A stretch of 64,000 nt of DNA, taken from NCBI GenBank assembly GCA_031391665.1, contig JANMUN010000153.1; one strand, written 5' to 3'. This document shows, piece by piece, positions 47,830 through 57,243 of this stretch; positions within the stretch are counted from its first letter, which is position 1, and every line of letters starts with the position of its first letter. A program made the translations under genes and the position numbers. The stretch comes from Ferruginibacter sp. (lineage in GTDB: Bacteria > Bacteroidota > Bacteroidia > Chitinophagales > Chitinophagaceae). The notes under the pieces are model-generated. The model ran no database searches and was not told where the DNA came from. It was given only the letters and a program-made list of their open reading frames with translations.

Positions 47830-47894
47830 AAAAAAGCCCTGAAAGTCAATACTGTCAAGGCTTTTATTGGTTGTTAAGTACTCGGGATGGGAGT
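47830..47894. repeat. attR: element-borne hairpin plus core that completes the tRNA-Leu 3' end
   Basis: See attL. The core at 47878-47894 overlaps the last 16 nt of the tRNA. Confidence 0.8.
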
Positions 47895-47964
47895 TGAACC
47901 CACACTTACATTACTGTAAACAGGATTTTAAGTCCTGCGTGTCTACCAGTTCCACCACCCGAGT
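47879..47964 (-). tRNA. tRNA-Leu (anticodon UAA), long variable arm
   Basis: The minus strand reads actcgggtggtggaactggtagacacgcaggacttaaaatcctgt...gtgggttcaactcccatcccgagta. It has a 7-bp acceptor stem, anticodon loop cttaaaa and T-loop ttcaact. Confidence 0.85.
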
Positions 47965-48037
47965 GTATTTATTCTCTAAAAAAAGAGAATCTGGTATAGA
48001 AAAAAAATCCCAACAAAAATGTCAGGATAATTTTTTG

Positions 48038-48110
<73 letters not shown>

Positions 48111-48238
48111 TTGTATCTGAAAGCTCCAGCTTCCATGTTAAGAACTTTTTTACTTTTGTTTTGAAGCTGGAGCTTCAAAGTACAGTACCGTTTTTTCGGA
48201 CGGCAAAAATAAGGGTTGTATTGCTACAACAAAAATTT

Positions 48239-48442
48239 TTATTTGTATTTAGGATTGTACAGGGTATTTTCCGGCACCTTTACCTCCGGTTTTCCTTTGT
48301 AACGGTGGGTGTATAAATTATAACAACCTCCCAAAACCAAAGCCACCACTAAAAAAACCTGGCAAAACCAGATAAAACGTGACGAAGACACCCAGTTATG
48401 CGTAAAATCCTTATCAGAGTTGTCAATAATTTCGTGTGCCAT
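48239..48442 (-). CDS. Small single-TM protein downstream of the glycosyltransferase gene
   Basis: 67 aa with one clear TM helix (FIWFCQVFLVVALVLGGC), co-directional with the GT2 gene. Weak call. Confidence 0.4.
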   Translation of the reverse strand: MAHEIIDNSDKDFTHNWVSSSRFIWFCQVFLVVALVLGGCYNLYTHRYKGKPEVKVPENTLYNPKYK

Positions 48443-48490
48443 GTATTAAAAATTTGCAGTGCAAAAATAAGGCGTAACTGTTAAAAAAAC

Positions 48491-49516
48491 TTATTTATTA
48501 TTAACAATTTCTAAAAACGTTTTTTTCTTTTTTATAAAATATTGCCACACCACCGATCCATTGTAACATCCACTCAATTGCACATCTTTTTTTGCAGGTA
48601 AAGTCCGTTGTTTTTTTATTACAAACAACCATTTAAAAAAATCAATATGTGCTTTTAAAATAGCAATATAATAGCCGCCATCGCCGCCTAATAAACTTTT
48701 CCATGCGGCCACAGCATCCAATGCCATTCTAAAAGGAATTTTCCATAATGCTGCTGCCAAAGAAAAATTTTTAGCCAGCATAATTAAATTATTTCTAAAG
48801 TTGAGGTAAGTTTTTCTACTGTTGCCTTTTGGTAAAGTACCACCACCCACATGATACACTACCGATGCCGGCTGCACATAAACTTTATAGCCCGCCCTTT
48901 GCAGCCGCCAGCAAAAATCAATTTCTTCCTGGTGTGCAAAAAAATATTCATCCAGTCCGCCCATTGCATGATAAATTTTTGATTTAACAAATAATGCAGC
49001 ACCACTTGCCCAAAAACATTGTTGGGGTTCATCATATTGGCCGTTATCAGTTTCGCAAACATCAAACACACGGCCCCTCGTAAATGGGTAACCAAATTCA
49101 TCTATCCATCCACCGCTTGCACCGGCATATTCAAATTTATTTTTATCGTGGTACGCTAATAATTTGGGCTGGCAGGCAGCAATAGCGGCATCGCTTTCCA
49201 TTAAATCAATAACAGGGTTTATCCAATTGGGAGAAACTTCTACATCGCTGTTTAATAAAACATAATAATCGCTTTGCACTTTTTTTAATGCAGTGTTATA
49301 TCCTTTTGCAAAACCTTCGTTGCTGCTGTTTTGTAAAATTTCTATTTGCGGATACTGCTGCTGTAAAAAAATAACCGAATCATCTGTTGATGCATTATCA
49401 GCCACAATAATTTTTTTATTATCATACACCGATGCCATCACCGAAGGAAGAAATTGTTCTAAAAATTTTCTTCCGTTCCAGTTTAAAATAACAATTGCTA
49501 CAGATGGGGTTTGCAT
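48491..49516 (-). CDS. Family 2 glycosyltransferase
   Basis: VAIVILNWNG...DNASTDDS...N.GFA.G.N, DxD-like NSD, and F.A.QEEIDFCWR motifs. Confidence 0.9.
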   Translation of the reverse strand: MQTPSVAIVILNWNGRKFLEQFLPSVMASVYDNKKIIVADNASTDDSVIFLQQQYPQIEILQNSSNEGFAKGYNTALKKVQSDYYVLLNSDVEVSPNWINPVIDLMESDAAIAACQPKLLAYHDKNKFEYAGASGGWIDEFGYPFTRGRVFDVCETDNGQYDEPQQCFWASGAALFVKSKIYHAMGGLDEYFFAHQEEIDFCWRLQRAGYKVYVQPASVVYHVGGGTLPKGNSRKTYLNFRNNLIMLAKNFSLAAALWKIPFRMALDAVAAWKSLLGGDGGYYIAILKAHIDFFKWLFVIKKQRTLPAKKDVQLSGCYNGSVVWQYFIKKKKTFLEIVNNK

Positions 49517-49669
49517 TTTTTATACCAGCTTAGATTTTCCATGGCATCATCGTTGCGTCGCAATCCTTTCAACCGCATACCATTGGTGAACTTTAATTAT
49601 GTTTTGCACAAACATAATACATTTTCATAGCTAATACTTCACACCTAATACCAAACCTGCCTGTCTGGG

Positions 49670-49821
49670 GCATTTCAAATTGTCGCAATATTTTTTTTAA
49701 CGCAGAGAAAATGAGATGCCAGAGTTTGCGCTGAGAATCTCTGCGATAACTCCTTTTCTCATTTTCTCTGCGTTAAAATTTGCTGCCAGGCTTGATGCTT
49801 TAGCTACAATTTGAAATGCAC
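49670..49821. repeat. MITE-like nested-hairpin element, copy B
   Basis: Same architecture as 27156-27308. The inner 19-bp stem taacgcagagaaaatgaga / tctcattttctctgcgtta is perfect. Confidence 0.85.
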
Positions 49822-49871
49822 CCTGCTTGCCTGCAGACAAATTCCTAATTCCTAATTCCTTATTTTTACTT

Positions 49872-51032
49872 ATGCTTTCACAATTTATAAACTGGCGTAC
49901 TGCATTGGCCATAATTGCCATTGCAATTGTTAGTGGCACGGTATTCTATTCCAATTATTTGTCTAAAAAAATTGCTGCCGACGAAAGAAAAAAAGTAAAT
50001 GTGTGGGTGCAGGCTTTAAAAACAAGGGGCAACAGTACCGAACCATCAGCAATAGAACTTACCAACACCATCACAGCAGAAAATACAGCAATACCTATTA
50101 TTGGCACCAACGAAAAAGATATTCCTCTCGGGCCAAACGATTATTCCAATTTAGATTCCAACAAAGTAAAATCGGATAGCAATTATTTAAAAAATAAAAT
50201 TGAAGAATTTAAAAACCAGCACGAGCCGATAACTGTAGAGATAAGTAAAGATCCTTTATACATCAACAAATATTATTATGGTGATTCTGCTTTATTAAAA
50301 GAAGTGCGTTACTATCCTATTGTACAACTTATCATTGTTGCATTGTTTATCATCATTACTTTAATAACTGTATCTACCCGAAATAAATCTACACAAAACC
50401 AGGTGTGGGCCGGTATGGCAAAAGAAACAGCACATCAATTGGGTACGCCACTTTCATCTTTGCAGGGTTGGGTAGAAATGCTGAAAGATAATCCGCAAAG
50501 CGAAAAAATTGCCAATGAAATGGCTAAAGATGTGGACCGCCTTAAATTGGTAAGCGACCGCTTTGGCAAAATTGGCAGCACACCACAGTTAGAAGAAAAA
50601 AATATTGTAATTCAAATTGAAGATATGGTGGCGTATATAAAACGCAGGGCTACCGACAAAGTAAATTTCAGCATCAACAGTTTTAACGAAACGGAAATTA
50701 TTGCCATGATAAACGCCCCGTTATTTGACTGGGTAATTGAAAATTTATTAAAAAATGCATTAGATGCCATGGATGGAAAAGGCAGTATTGGCATCAATAT
50801 AAAAAACGAAGCAGCCAACATAATAATTGACGTAAAAGACAGTGGCAAAGGCATCAGTTCTCAAAATATAGCTAAAGTTTTTAAACCGGGCTTTACCACA
50901 AAAAAACGTGGCTGGGGTTTAGGATTAAGTTTATCTAAAAGAATTATTGAGCAATACCACAAAGGCGAATTGTTTGTAAAAAATAGTGAGCCTGGTAAAG
51001 GAACCACGTTTAGAATTGTTCTAAAAAAATAA
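49872..51032 (+). CDS. Membrane sensor histidine kinase
   Basis: Two TM helices, H-box MAKETAHQLGTPL, N-box NLLKNALDAM, and G-boxes DSGKGI and GWGLGLSL. The ATG at 49872 is preferred because the upstream codons lie in the repeat element. Confidence 0.85.
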   Translation: MLSQFINWRTALAIIAIAIVSGTVFYSNYLSKKIAADERKKVNVWVQALKTRGNSTEPSAIELTNTITAENTAIPIIGTNEKDIPLGPNDYSNLDSNKVKSDSNYLKNKIEEFKNQHEPITVEISKDPLYINKYYYGDSALLKEVRYYPIVQLIIVALFIIITLITVSTRNKSTQNQVWAGMAKETAHQLGTPLSSLQGWVEMLKDNPQSEKIANEMAKDVDRLKLVSDRFGKIGSTPQLEEKNIVIQIEDMVAYIKRRATDKVNFSINSFNETEIIAMINAPLFDWVIENLLKNALDAMDGKGSIGINIKNEAANIIIDVKDSGKGISSQNIAKVFKPGFTTKKRGWGLGLSLSKRIIEQYHKGELFVKNSEPGKGTTFRIVLKK

Positions 51033-51170
51033 CTGGGACACAGGTTATACTAATTTCACAAATTAATTCACTTATTTGCTAAAGAGTTTTTTTAGTCTGA
51101 ATAATTAAATGATTTTGATTAAGCTTTGCCAGTTATAAACTTTACAGTTAAATTTGCAATCCCTAAATCT

Positions 51171-51254
51171 GGCCGGGTGGCGAAATTGGTAGACGCACCA
51201 CCTTGAGGTGGTGGCGCTGGAAACGGCGTGCTGGTTCGAATCCAGTCTCGGTCA
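51171..51254 (+). tRNA. tRNA-Leu (anticodon GAG), long variable arm
   Basis: ggccgggtggcgaaattggtagacgcaccaccttgaggtggtggcgctggaaacggcgtgctggttcgaatccagtctcggtca, with anticodon stem ccacc/ggtgg and loop ttgaggt. Confidence 0.85.
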
Positions 51255-51263
51255 CTTTTATAG

Positions 51264-51289
51264 AGCGAAGTTTTTTACTTCGCTTTTTT
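51264..51289 (+). terminator. Terminator after tRNA-Leu(GAG)
   Basis: agcgaagt-ttttt-acttcgct followed by ttttt. Confidence 0.7.
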
Positions 51290-51359
51290 ATTAATAAAAA
51301 AAGGGATTGCAAATACAATTTATAAAATCTGTAATGCAATCCCTTTTATGTTTTACTGG

Positions 51360-53480
51360 TTATTCTTTTATTATTTTAAGCGTTTGCTTAACCTCGCCAT
51401 CTTTAATAATTTTTACAAAATACATTCCTGCGCCAAGCCCCTTACCATTAAAGGTTTCGGTATAGCTTCCTGCAGGTTGTTTTTTATTAACCAATACTTT
51501 TACCTCTTTACCCTGTGCATCATACACTGCAACTGTTACCTGTGCAGTGGTTTTTAATTGGTATTGTATGGTAGTATTCTCCACAAAAGGGTTAGGCGAT
51601 GTTTTTGCCACCATATCAGGAGCGGCTAACAACGAACTAAAACCTTTGTTGAAATTAGGTTGATTGTAAATACTGTTTTGTACAGGTCTGCTGGTAGTTG
51701 TTGCTGCTGTTTTGCAATCACAATTACGGGTACCAGCCCAGGGTGTTTGTACAAATGGAAATGAGCGCCTGAAAACAGTATCATTGGCCTCAACATTTGT
51801 TGTGTAGCCCAACACATTTAAAAGCTTCGGGGTAACAGGGCTTCCTCCTGGTTGATAATCATCGTACCACAAACCAATGGCTGCTAATACCACACCGCTA
51901 ACAGCCTGCAGTTCTATTCTTGTTACATCATCTTCCAGCCTTCTTCCATTAGGGAACCCATCCATGTTTGGAATAAACTGTATGTCTTTATTAGTATTAT
52001 ACCTCGGATCAAGCAATCCTAACACTGCCGCCTGAACTAAACCTTCCGAACTAAAATCAGGTGAGTCACGTTCGGTAGCCGGTACCGCCATATTCAGGCG
52101 CAGCATATCGCCTCCATTAGGAAGAAAATTACTGATAAAAGGTTTACCAACTGCAAGAGGGTTGCCTCCCGCTTTACCTGTTGCCAGTTGATAAGGCGCT
52201 AAATTAGGAACGCCAGTATGAAATATGGGCCACAAATCAACCGAACGTGGTTTGTTGGCACCTGGTAATAATAAGCCGCCAAAATTAGCTTCGCTTAAAG
52301 CGGTACCATTTAATGCAGGATTACCTTTTAATCCAAATAAACCATTTTGTCCGTTACCAAAACCAAACTGCCCTAAAGAATTTTTTTGAACTCTTAATTG
52401 ACTAAAGGCAGGTACAGCAGGTCCAAATTGTGCTTCATCCATATACAATGCCAGCTCGGGATTATAAAAATAATTGCCGAATTTATTTAACCGGGAAAGA
52501 TCCTGGTAGGGCGTTAACCTGTTCCAAAGATTTTTATCGCCAATAGGGATAACCGCTTCGTTGGTTAATGGCATTCCCAATCTTGAAACCTGTATCCAGG
52601 GTCCGTCATATGTTACATAACGGTTATCACCCTCACCAGTATTATCAGGATTTTGAGAAATTTCCCTTAATGTGGTAAATTTTTGCCTGCTTGCAGAAGC
52701 CCATACACCAATAACAAAATTTGGATCAAGAATATTTTTTGCCTGCCTTACTGATTTACGATCCTTTTGTAATGTACTTACATCCACTTCCAGAACAATG
52801 GAAGAAACATTAATACATTTCAAGCCGTCTTCCGATTTTGTAGGCCCAAGGCGTGGGGCATCGCCTAAATCAAAAATGCCACCTAAATCCACAAAGAACG
52901 GATCATCAACGGGACCACAATAAACTTTTTCGCCGGTGCTTGCTGTTTTAATGGCATTATTCAACAGTGTTTCATAACCCCCAGCATTTAATCCAACACT
53001 TGTACTGATTGACCTTTCGCCAATGTTGGGCGGAGGCACAGTTCCGTTTGTTATTATCTTACTGAAGCTCCCCCCTCCATTCATACTCCTTTCAAGTGTA
53101 TAAGTAGTTTTAACATTTTCTTTACCTAAACGGATATTAAAAAATGTAGTGGGATCTTCATTTTTCCGGCTAAATGTAAAACGATAAATAATATCATCGC
53201 CGCTTGTGGCAATGTTATTATCTATATGAATTTCGTAGCGCACATTTTCGCCAAAGTGATAGAAGTTCGGGCCGCCCTGGGGCAACTGAAAAGGAATGTA
53301 ATTGGCAATAAGGATAATTTTGTTTGGGTTATCCGGACTTTTAAAGGCATACACATCTGTGTTATCTGCCAATGGATCATCGGCAATTAAGGGAGCTTCT
53401 CTGTGGCTGGATGCCCATACGGGAAAGGTGTTTACAAGCATGGCCAGCAGCATAACTGCTGCGTAAATTTTCCGTTTCAT
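51360..53480 (-). CDS. DUF4331-domain secreted protein with T9SS C-terminal sorting domain
   Basis: The mature N-terminus SSHREAPLIADDPLADNTDVYAF is the DUF4331 signature. The C-terminus SPNPFVENTTIQYQL...GMYFVKIIKDGEV is a type A sorting domain. Confidence 0.85.
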   Translation of the reverse strand: MKRKIYAAVMLLAMLVNTFPVWASSHREAPLIADDPLADNTDVYAFKSPDNPNKIILIANYIPFQLPQGGPNFYHFGENVRYEIHIDNNIATSGDDIIYRFTFSRKNEDPTTFFNIRLGKENVKTTYTLERSMNGGGSFSKIITNGTVPPPNIGERSISTSVGLNAGGYETLLNNAIKTASTGEKVYCGPVDDPFFVDLGGIFDLGDAPRLGPTKSEDGLKCINVSSIVLEVDVSTLQKDRKSVRQAKNILDPNFVIGVWASASRQKFTTLREISQNPDNTGEGDNRYVTYDGPWIQVSRLGMPLTNEAVIPIGDKNLWNRLTPYQDLSRLNKFGNYFYNPELALYMDEAQFGPAVPAFSQLRVQKNSLGQFGFGNGQNGLFGLKGNPALNGTALSEANFGGLLLPGANKPRSVDLWPIFHTGVPNLAPYQLATGKAGGNPLAVGKPFISNFLPNGGDMLRLNMAVPATERDSPDFSSEGLVQAAVLGLLDPRYNTNKDIQFIPNMDGFPNGRRLEDDVTRIELQAVSGVVLAAIGLWYDDYQPGGSPVTPKLLNVLGYTTNVEANDTVFRRSFPFVQTPWAGTRNCDCKTAATTTSRPVQNSIYNQPNFNKGFSSLLAAPDMVAKTSPNPFVENTTIQYQLKTTAQVTVAVYDAQGKEVKVLVNKKQPAGSYTETFNGKGLGAGMYFVKIIKDGEVKQTLKIIKE

Positions 53481-53727
53481 AAATTTTAAAATTTTGAATT
53501 GTGTAAAATTTTCCTTTGGAAGTTGAAAGGGGAAAAAAGCGATTAGCTTTTACAGGGGGAGAATTAGCATGCGTAACAATTACGACAGAAAGGTTTGGCT
53601 TGGATTTAACTTTTTAAAAAAAACTTTTTATTTTTTATTAGTCTTCTAAATTTTGGGAAACAGCGGCTAAAACTCAATTGTGTTGCCCTGTTTTGCAACA
53701 ACTTCTTATCTTGTAAAAAAATAATTA

Positions 53728-54879
53728 ATGGCAACCGAAGTAAAATGCCCCAATTGCGGCCACCAGTTTGAATTAAATGAAAGCCTTAAGAACGAGGTAG
53801 AGAAAGAACTACGTGGTAAAATGATTGACTGGCAAAAAAAGAAAGAAGAAGAATTTGATAAACAAAAAACTGTACTGGTAAATGATGCAATTAAAAAGGC
53901 AGGTGAAGAAATTGCGGCAAAATTAAAATCGCTGGAAGAAGAAGCCCGGATAAAAACACAACAGCTGCAGGATCTGCAAAAGAAAGAACTGGATTTATTA
54001 AGAGATAAAAATGCACTGGAAGAAAAACAGAAGAATTTAGAAGTGGAAATTGAAAAACGTTTTTTAGAAAAGCGGAAAGAGATTGAAGAAAGCACCATTA
54101 AAAGAGAGCAGGAATTGTTTGATCTTAAAACAAAAGAGTATAAGCTGCAAATGGAACAGCAGCAAAAATTAATAGAAGAAATGAAACGTAAGATAGAACA
54201 GGGGAGTATGCAACTGCAGGGCGAAAGCCAGGAAACTTTATTGGAACAAATATTAAAAGAAAATTTCCCTTTTGATATTATTGAAGAAGTGGGCAAAGGT
54301 GTAGAAGGTGCCGATTGCATACAATTGGTACGCAATAACAGCGGCGTGGTTTGCGGCAGAATTATTTATGAAAGTAAACGTACCAAAGCATGGAGCAACA
54401 GCTGGATAGATAAATTAAAAACAGATAAACGTACCAGTGGCAGCGATGTGGCTATTTTGGTGTCGCAGGTTTTTCCTAAGGATATGGATAAATTTGGCGA
54501 AAAAGATGGTGTTTGGGTATGCAATTTTAGTGAAGTAAGCAGCGTTTCATATTTATTACGCTCTGGAATAATAAAGGTGTTTGAAACACAAAAAGCCCAG
54601 GAGGGTAAAGGCGATAAAATGAAGATGCTGTACGATTATTTAACCGGCAACGAATTCAGGGGGCAAATGGAAGCCATTGTAGAAGGGTTTATGGCAATGA
54701 AACAAAGCATAATGAAAGAACGCATACAGATGGAAAAACTTTGGAAGGAAAGAGAAAAACAATTAGAAAAAGTTTTAATAAGCACCAGTGGAATGTACGG
54801 CAGTGTAAAAGGAATTGCAGGTGCTTCTGTCAGCGATATTCCTTTGCTTGATGGTGATTACGACGATAAGGAAGATTAA
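53728..54879 (+). CDS. DUF2130-family protein: CxxC N-terminus, long Glu/Lys coiled coil, PD-(D/E)xK-like C-domain
   Basis: KCPNCGHQF, about 170 aa of coiled coil, then GADCIQLV...IIYESKRTK (D...ExK pattern). Confidence 0.75.
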   Translation: MATEVKCPNCGHQFELNESLKNEVEKELRGKMIDWQKKKEEEFDKQKTVLVNDAIKKAGEEIAAKLKSLEEEARIKTQQLQDLQKKELDLLRDKNALEEKQKNLEVEIEKRFLEKRKEIEESTIKREQELFDLKTKEYKLQMEQQQKLIEEMKRKIEQGSMQLQGESQETLLEQILKENFPFDIIEEVGKGVEGADCIQLVRNNSGVVCGRIIYESKRTKAWSNSWIDKLKTDKRTSGSDVAILVSQVFPKDMDKFGEKDGVWVCNFSEVSSVSYLLRSGIIKVFETQKAQEGKGDKMKMLYDYLTGNEFRGQMEAIVEGFMAMKQSIMKERIQMEKLWKEREKQLEKVLISTSGMYGSVKGIAGASVSDIPLLDGDYDDKED

Positions 54880-54887
54880 TTTTTTTT

Positions 54888-55961
54888 ATGCCCTTTGATA
54901 CAACGTACCATATTCCGCCTAATGAAAAAAATACCATTGTTACTTATAAAGTACCGGGAGGAAAGGATATTGATATTTATTTAAAGAAAAACGAATTGCC
55001 TCCAGGGATAGATAGCTTTCCTGATGTAAAAGAACTTTTAAAAACCGCAGACCGGGTAATCAATAATCAACCTGAAAAAGAAGAGCATTATACACCGGAT
55101 GTAACAATGGTCATTGCATTTATTGCTATTTTTATTTTTGTTTTAATCCGCATCAAAAGAAATATCAGCAATGGAGATGAAAATGAATCTGATGATTTTT
55201 CTACAGCTGACTTACCGAAAAGTTATTCCAAAAAAGGCGCTGCTCATTTAACCTATTATGGCGATGAATTAAATTTTACCGGTAAAGAATTAACCGCAAT
55301 ACTTACCAAGCGCTTCGCTTATTTTAATGATCTTTCTGCAATACAAAAAACAAGATTTATTGAACGGGTGCAAAATTTTATTGCACATAAAGTTTTTAAA
55401 ATTCACGATAATAAAGGCTATAAAGAAATGCCGGTATTAATAAGTGCTGCTGCAATACAGCTTACGTTTGGTTTAAAAAAATACCTGTTGCCTAATTTTG
55501 AATTTATTCATGTATATCCACGGGAGTTTATGAGAGTGCAAAACAGTATTTGTTTTTTAGAGGGTAATGTTTCTGGCCACGCCATTAATTTATCGTGGAA
55601 ACATTTTTTAGAAGGTTATGCTATACCCGATGATGGCCAAAATGTTGGTCTGCACGAACTTGCCCATGCATTATATTATCAAACATTTGTGGTGGAAGAA
55701 AATGCAGATAAAAATTTCAGGAATTTATACAATGGTTTTATAAGCGATGGTAATAAAGCTTATCACACAGAAAAAACTGTTGAAGGCGGATTGTATTCTG
55801 AATATGCCGTAAAAAATTTCCAGGAGTTTTGGGCAGAGAGTGTGGAGATATTTTTTGAAAAGCCGGCTGCTATGAAATCGCATTACCCACAGTTGTACGA
55901 AACACTAAAATTTTTGCTTAACCAGGACCCTGCAAATAAAATTGCCTCAGTGATCACTTAA
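54888..55961 (+). CDS. MtfA-like zinc peptidase (M90 family) with a TM helix
   Basis: GLHELAHAL (HExxH) and EFWAESVEIFFEKP. Second paralog of this family in the window. Confidence 0.75.
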   Translation: MPFDTTYHIPPNEKNTIVTYKVPGGKDIDIYLKKNELPPGIDSFPDVKELLKTADRVINNQPEKEEHYTPDVTMVIAFIAIFIFVLIRIKRNISNGDENESDDFSTADLPKSYSKKGAAHLTYYGDELNFTGKELTAILTKRFAYFNDLSAIQKTRFIERVQNFIAHKVFKIHDNKGYKEMPVLISAAAIQLTFGLKKYLLPNFEFIHVYPREFMRVQNSICFLEGNVSGHAINLSWKHFLEGYAIPDDGQNVGLHELAHALYYQTFVVEENADKNFRNLYNGFISDGNKAYHTEKTVEGGLYSEYAVKNFQEFWAESVEIFFEKPAAMKSHYPQLYETLKFLLNQDPANKIASVIT

Positions 55962-56561
55962 CACCCAGGTTAAAAAATTATTACTAAAAAAAAGATAATG
56001 CACCTGCAATTTGGTTTGATTTTTAAATACGCAATGCACCACACCTTCTTCTAAATTACCGGTGAATTTTTCTATACGGATATGTTTTTTAAAATCTGTT
56101 CCACCAGTGCCCTGCCACTTGTACACACTTTCTTTTACACTCCAAAAAAGGGTAGCCGTTTTTTTTATTTCTCCTTCGGGAAATAAAAAACATTCTTCTG
56201 CAGTTAAAAATTTAGGGATGATGCGGTCAATTTTTTCATTCACCATTTCTATATCTACACCTGCCCTTAATTCTTTACTTATTAAAACTGCTGCATAATC
56301 TCTGCAATGCGATATGGAAAAATGATAAGCTTCATCTTCTAAAAATGGTTTACGGGTATCGGCAATTTTTATTAAGGATAAAGGAAAATCAGGATACAAA
56401 TCTTTTAATAAAAACCGGCCGGCCAAATGCTGTAATCGTTTGTGCGGATGTGTAATTTCTTTTTGCAATGGCACGGTTTTAAAAAAATCTTCTGTTTCGG
56501 CAATATGCCAAACACCCATTTTAGTTACTGCGTTAATATTTTGTTGATAAACCAACGGCAT
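55947..56561 (-). CDS. 4'-phosphopantetheinyl transferase (Sfp-type)
   Basis: FSISH, GVDIE and WSVKESVYK motifs. Confidence 0.85.
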   Translation of the reverse strand: MPLVYQQNINAVTKMGVWHIAETEDFFKTVPLQKEITHPHKRLQHLAGRFLLKDLYPDFPLSLIKIADTRKPFLEDEAYHFSISHCRDYAAVLISKELRAGVDIEMVNEKIDRIIPKFLTAEECFLFPEGEIKKTATLFWSVKESVYKWQGTGGTDFKKHIRIEKFTGNLEEGVVHCVFKNQTKLQVHYLFFSNNFLTWVLSDH

Positions 56562-56666
56562 AAAACGATTTTAGATTTTTGATTGCAGATTTTTGATTGA
56601 ATATTTGCGAAAGAAATAATTTTCGGCACAAATTAACCAATAAACGAATTAACCAATCAACCATTT

Positions 56667-57203
56667 ATGATTTTAAGCGATACCAGGATTTTAGAAGAAA
56701 TAGAGAAAGGCACTATTAAAATTGTGCCTTATAACAGGGGAGATTTGGGGAGTAACAGTTATGATGTGCATTTAGGAAAAGACCTGGCCCGTTATATTGA
56801 TAAAGAATTAGATGCAAAAAAACATAACAGGATCGAACATTTTGAAATTCCTGATGAAGGTTATGTGCTGCAACCACACGAATTTTATTTGGGTGTTACC
56901 GAAGAATATACCGAAACACATGCCCATGTTCCTTTTTTAGAAGGTAAGTCAAGCACCGGCCGTTTGGGTATTGACATACATGCCACTGCAGGTAAAGGTG
57001 ATGTGGGTTTTTGCGGCAACTGGACTTTAGAAATTTCGGTAAAGCAACCCGTAAGAGTGTATAAGGGAATGCCGATTGGCCAGTTAATTTATTTTCCGGT
57101 GGATGGTGAAATTGAAGTAAAATACAACGAAAAGAAAAACGCAAAATACAGCGGCCAAATTAATAAACCAGTGGAGAGTATGATGTGGAAGAATAAATTT
57201 TAG
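56667..57203 (+). CDS. dcd: dCTP deaminase
   Basis: MILSD..I......G.I.I.P, GKSS.GRLGI and GQLIFF-like motifs; 178 aa. Confidence 0.93.
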   Translation: MILSDTRILEEIEKGTIKIVPYNRGDLGSNSYDVHLGKDLARYIDKELDAKKHNRIEHFEIPDEGYVLQPHEFYLGVTEEYTETHAHVPFLEGKSSTGRLGIDIHATAGKGDVGFCGNWTLEISVKQPVRVYKGMPIGQLIYFPVDGEIEVKYNEKKNAKYSGQINKPVESMMWKNKF

Positions 57204-57243
57204 CCGTCAGACTACGGACGAGTGACCACAGATGACTAAATTG

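Larger units (their letters stand above)
40520..47894 (+). mobile_element. Integrative element (unit length 7358 bp) in tRNA-Leu(UAA): integrase, Xis-like HTH, HUH Rep, 3-gene cargo
   Basis: Direct-repeat cores lie at both ends, one inside the intact tRNA. A tyrosine integrase sits next to attL. The plus-strand operon is tightly overlapping, and the element is visibly more AT-rich than its flanks. Confidence 0.8.

Noticed and set aside
53706-54335. 209-aa minus-strand ORF rich in Ser/Cys/Phe
   Set aside because: It is the antisense shadow of the GAA/AAA-rich coiled-coil region of the DUF2130 gene. It is low complexity, lacks a start context, and is fully overlapped by a much better plus-strand gene.
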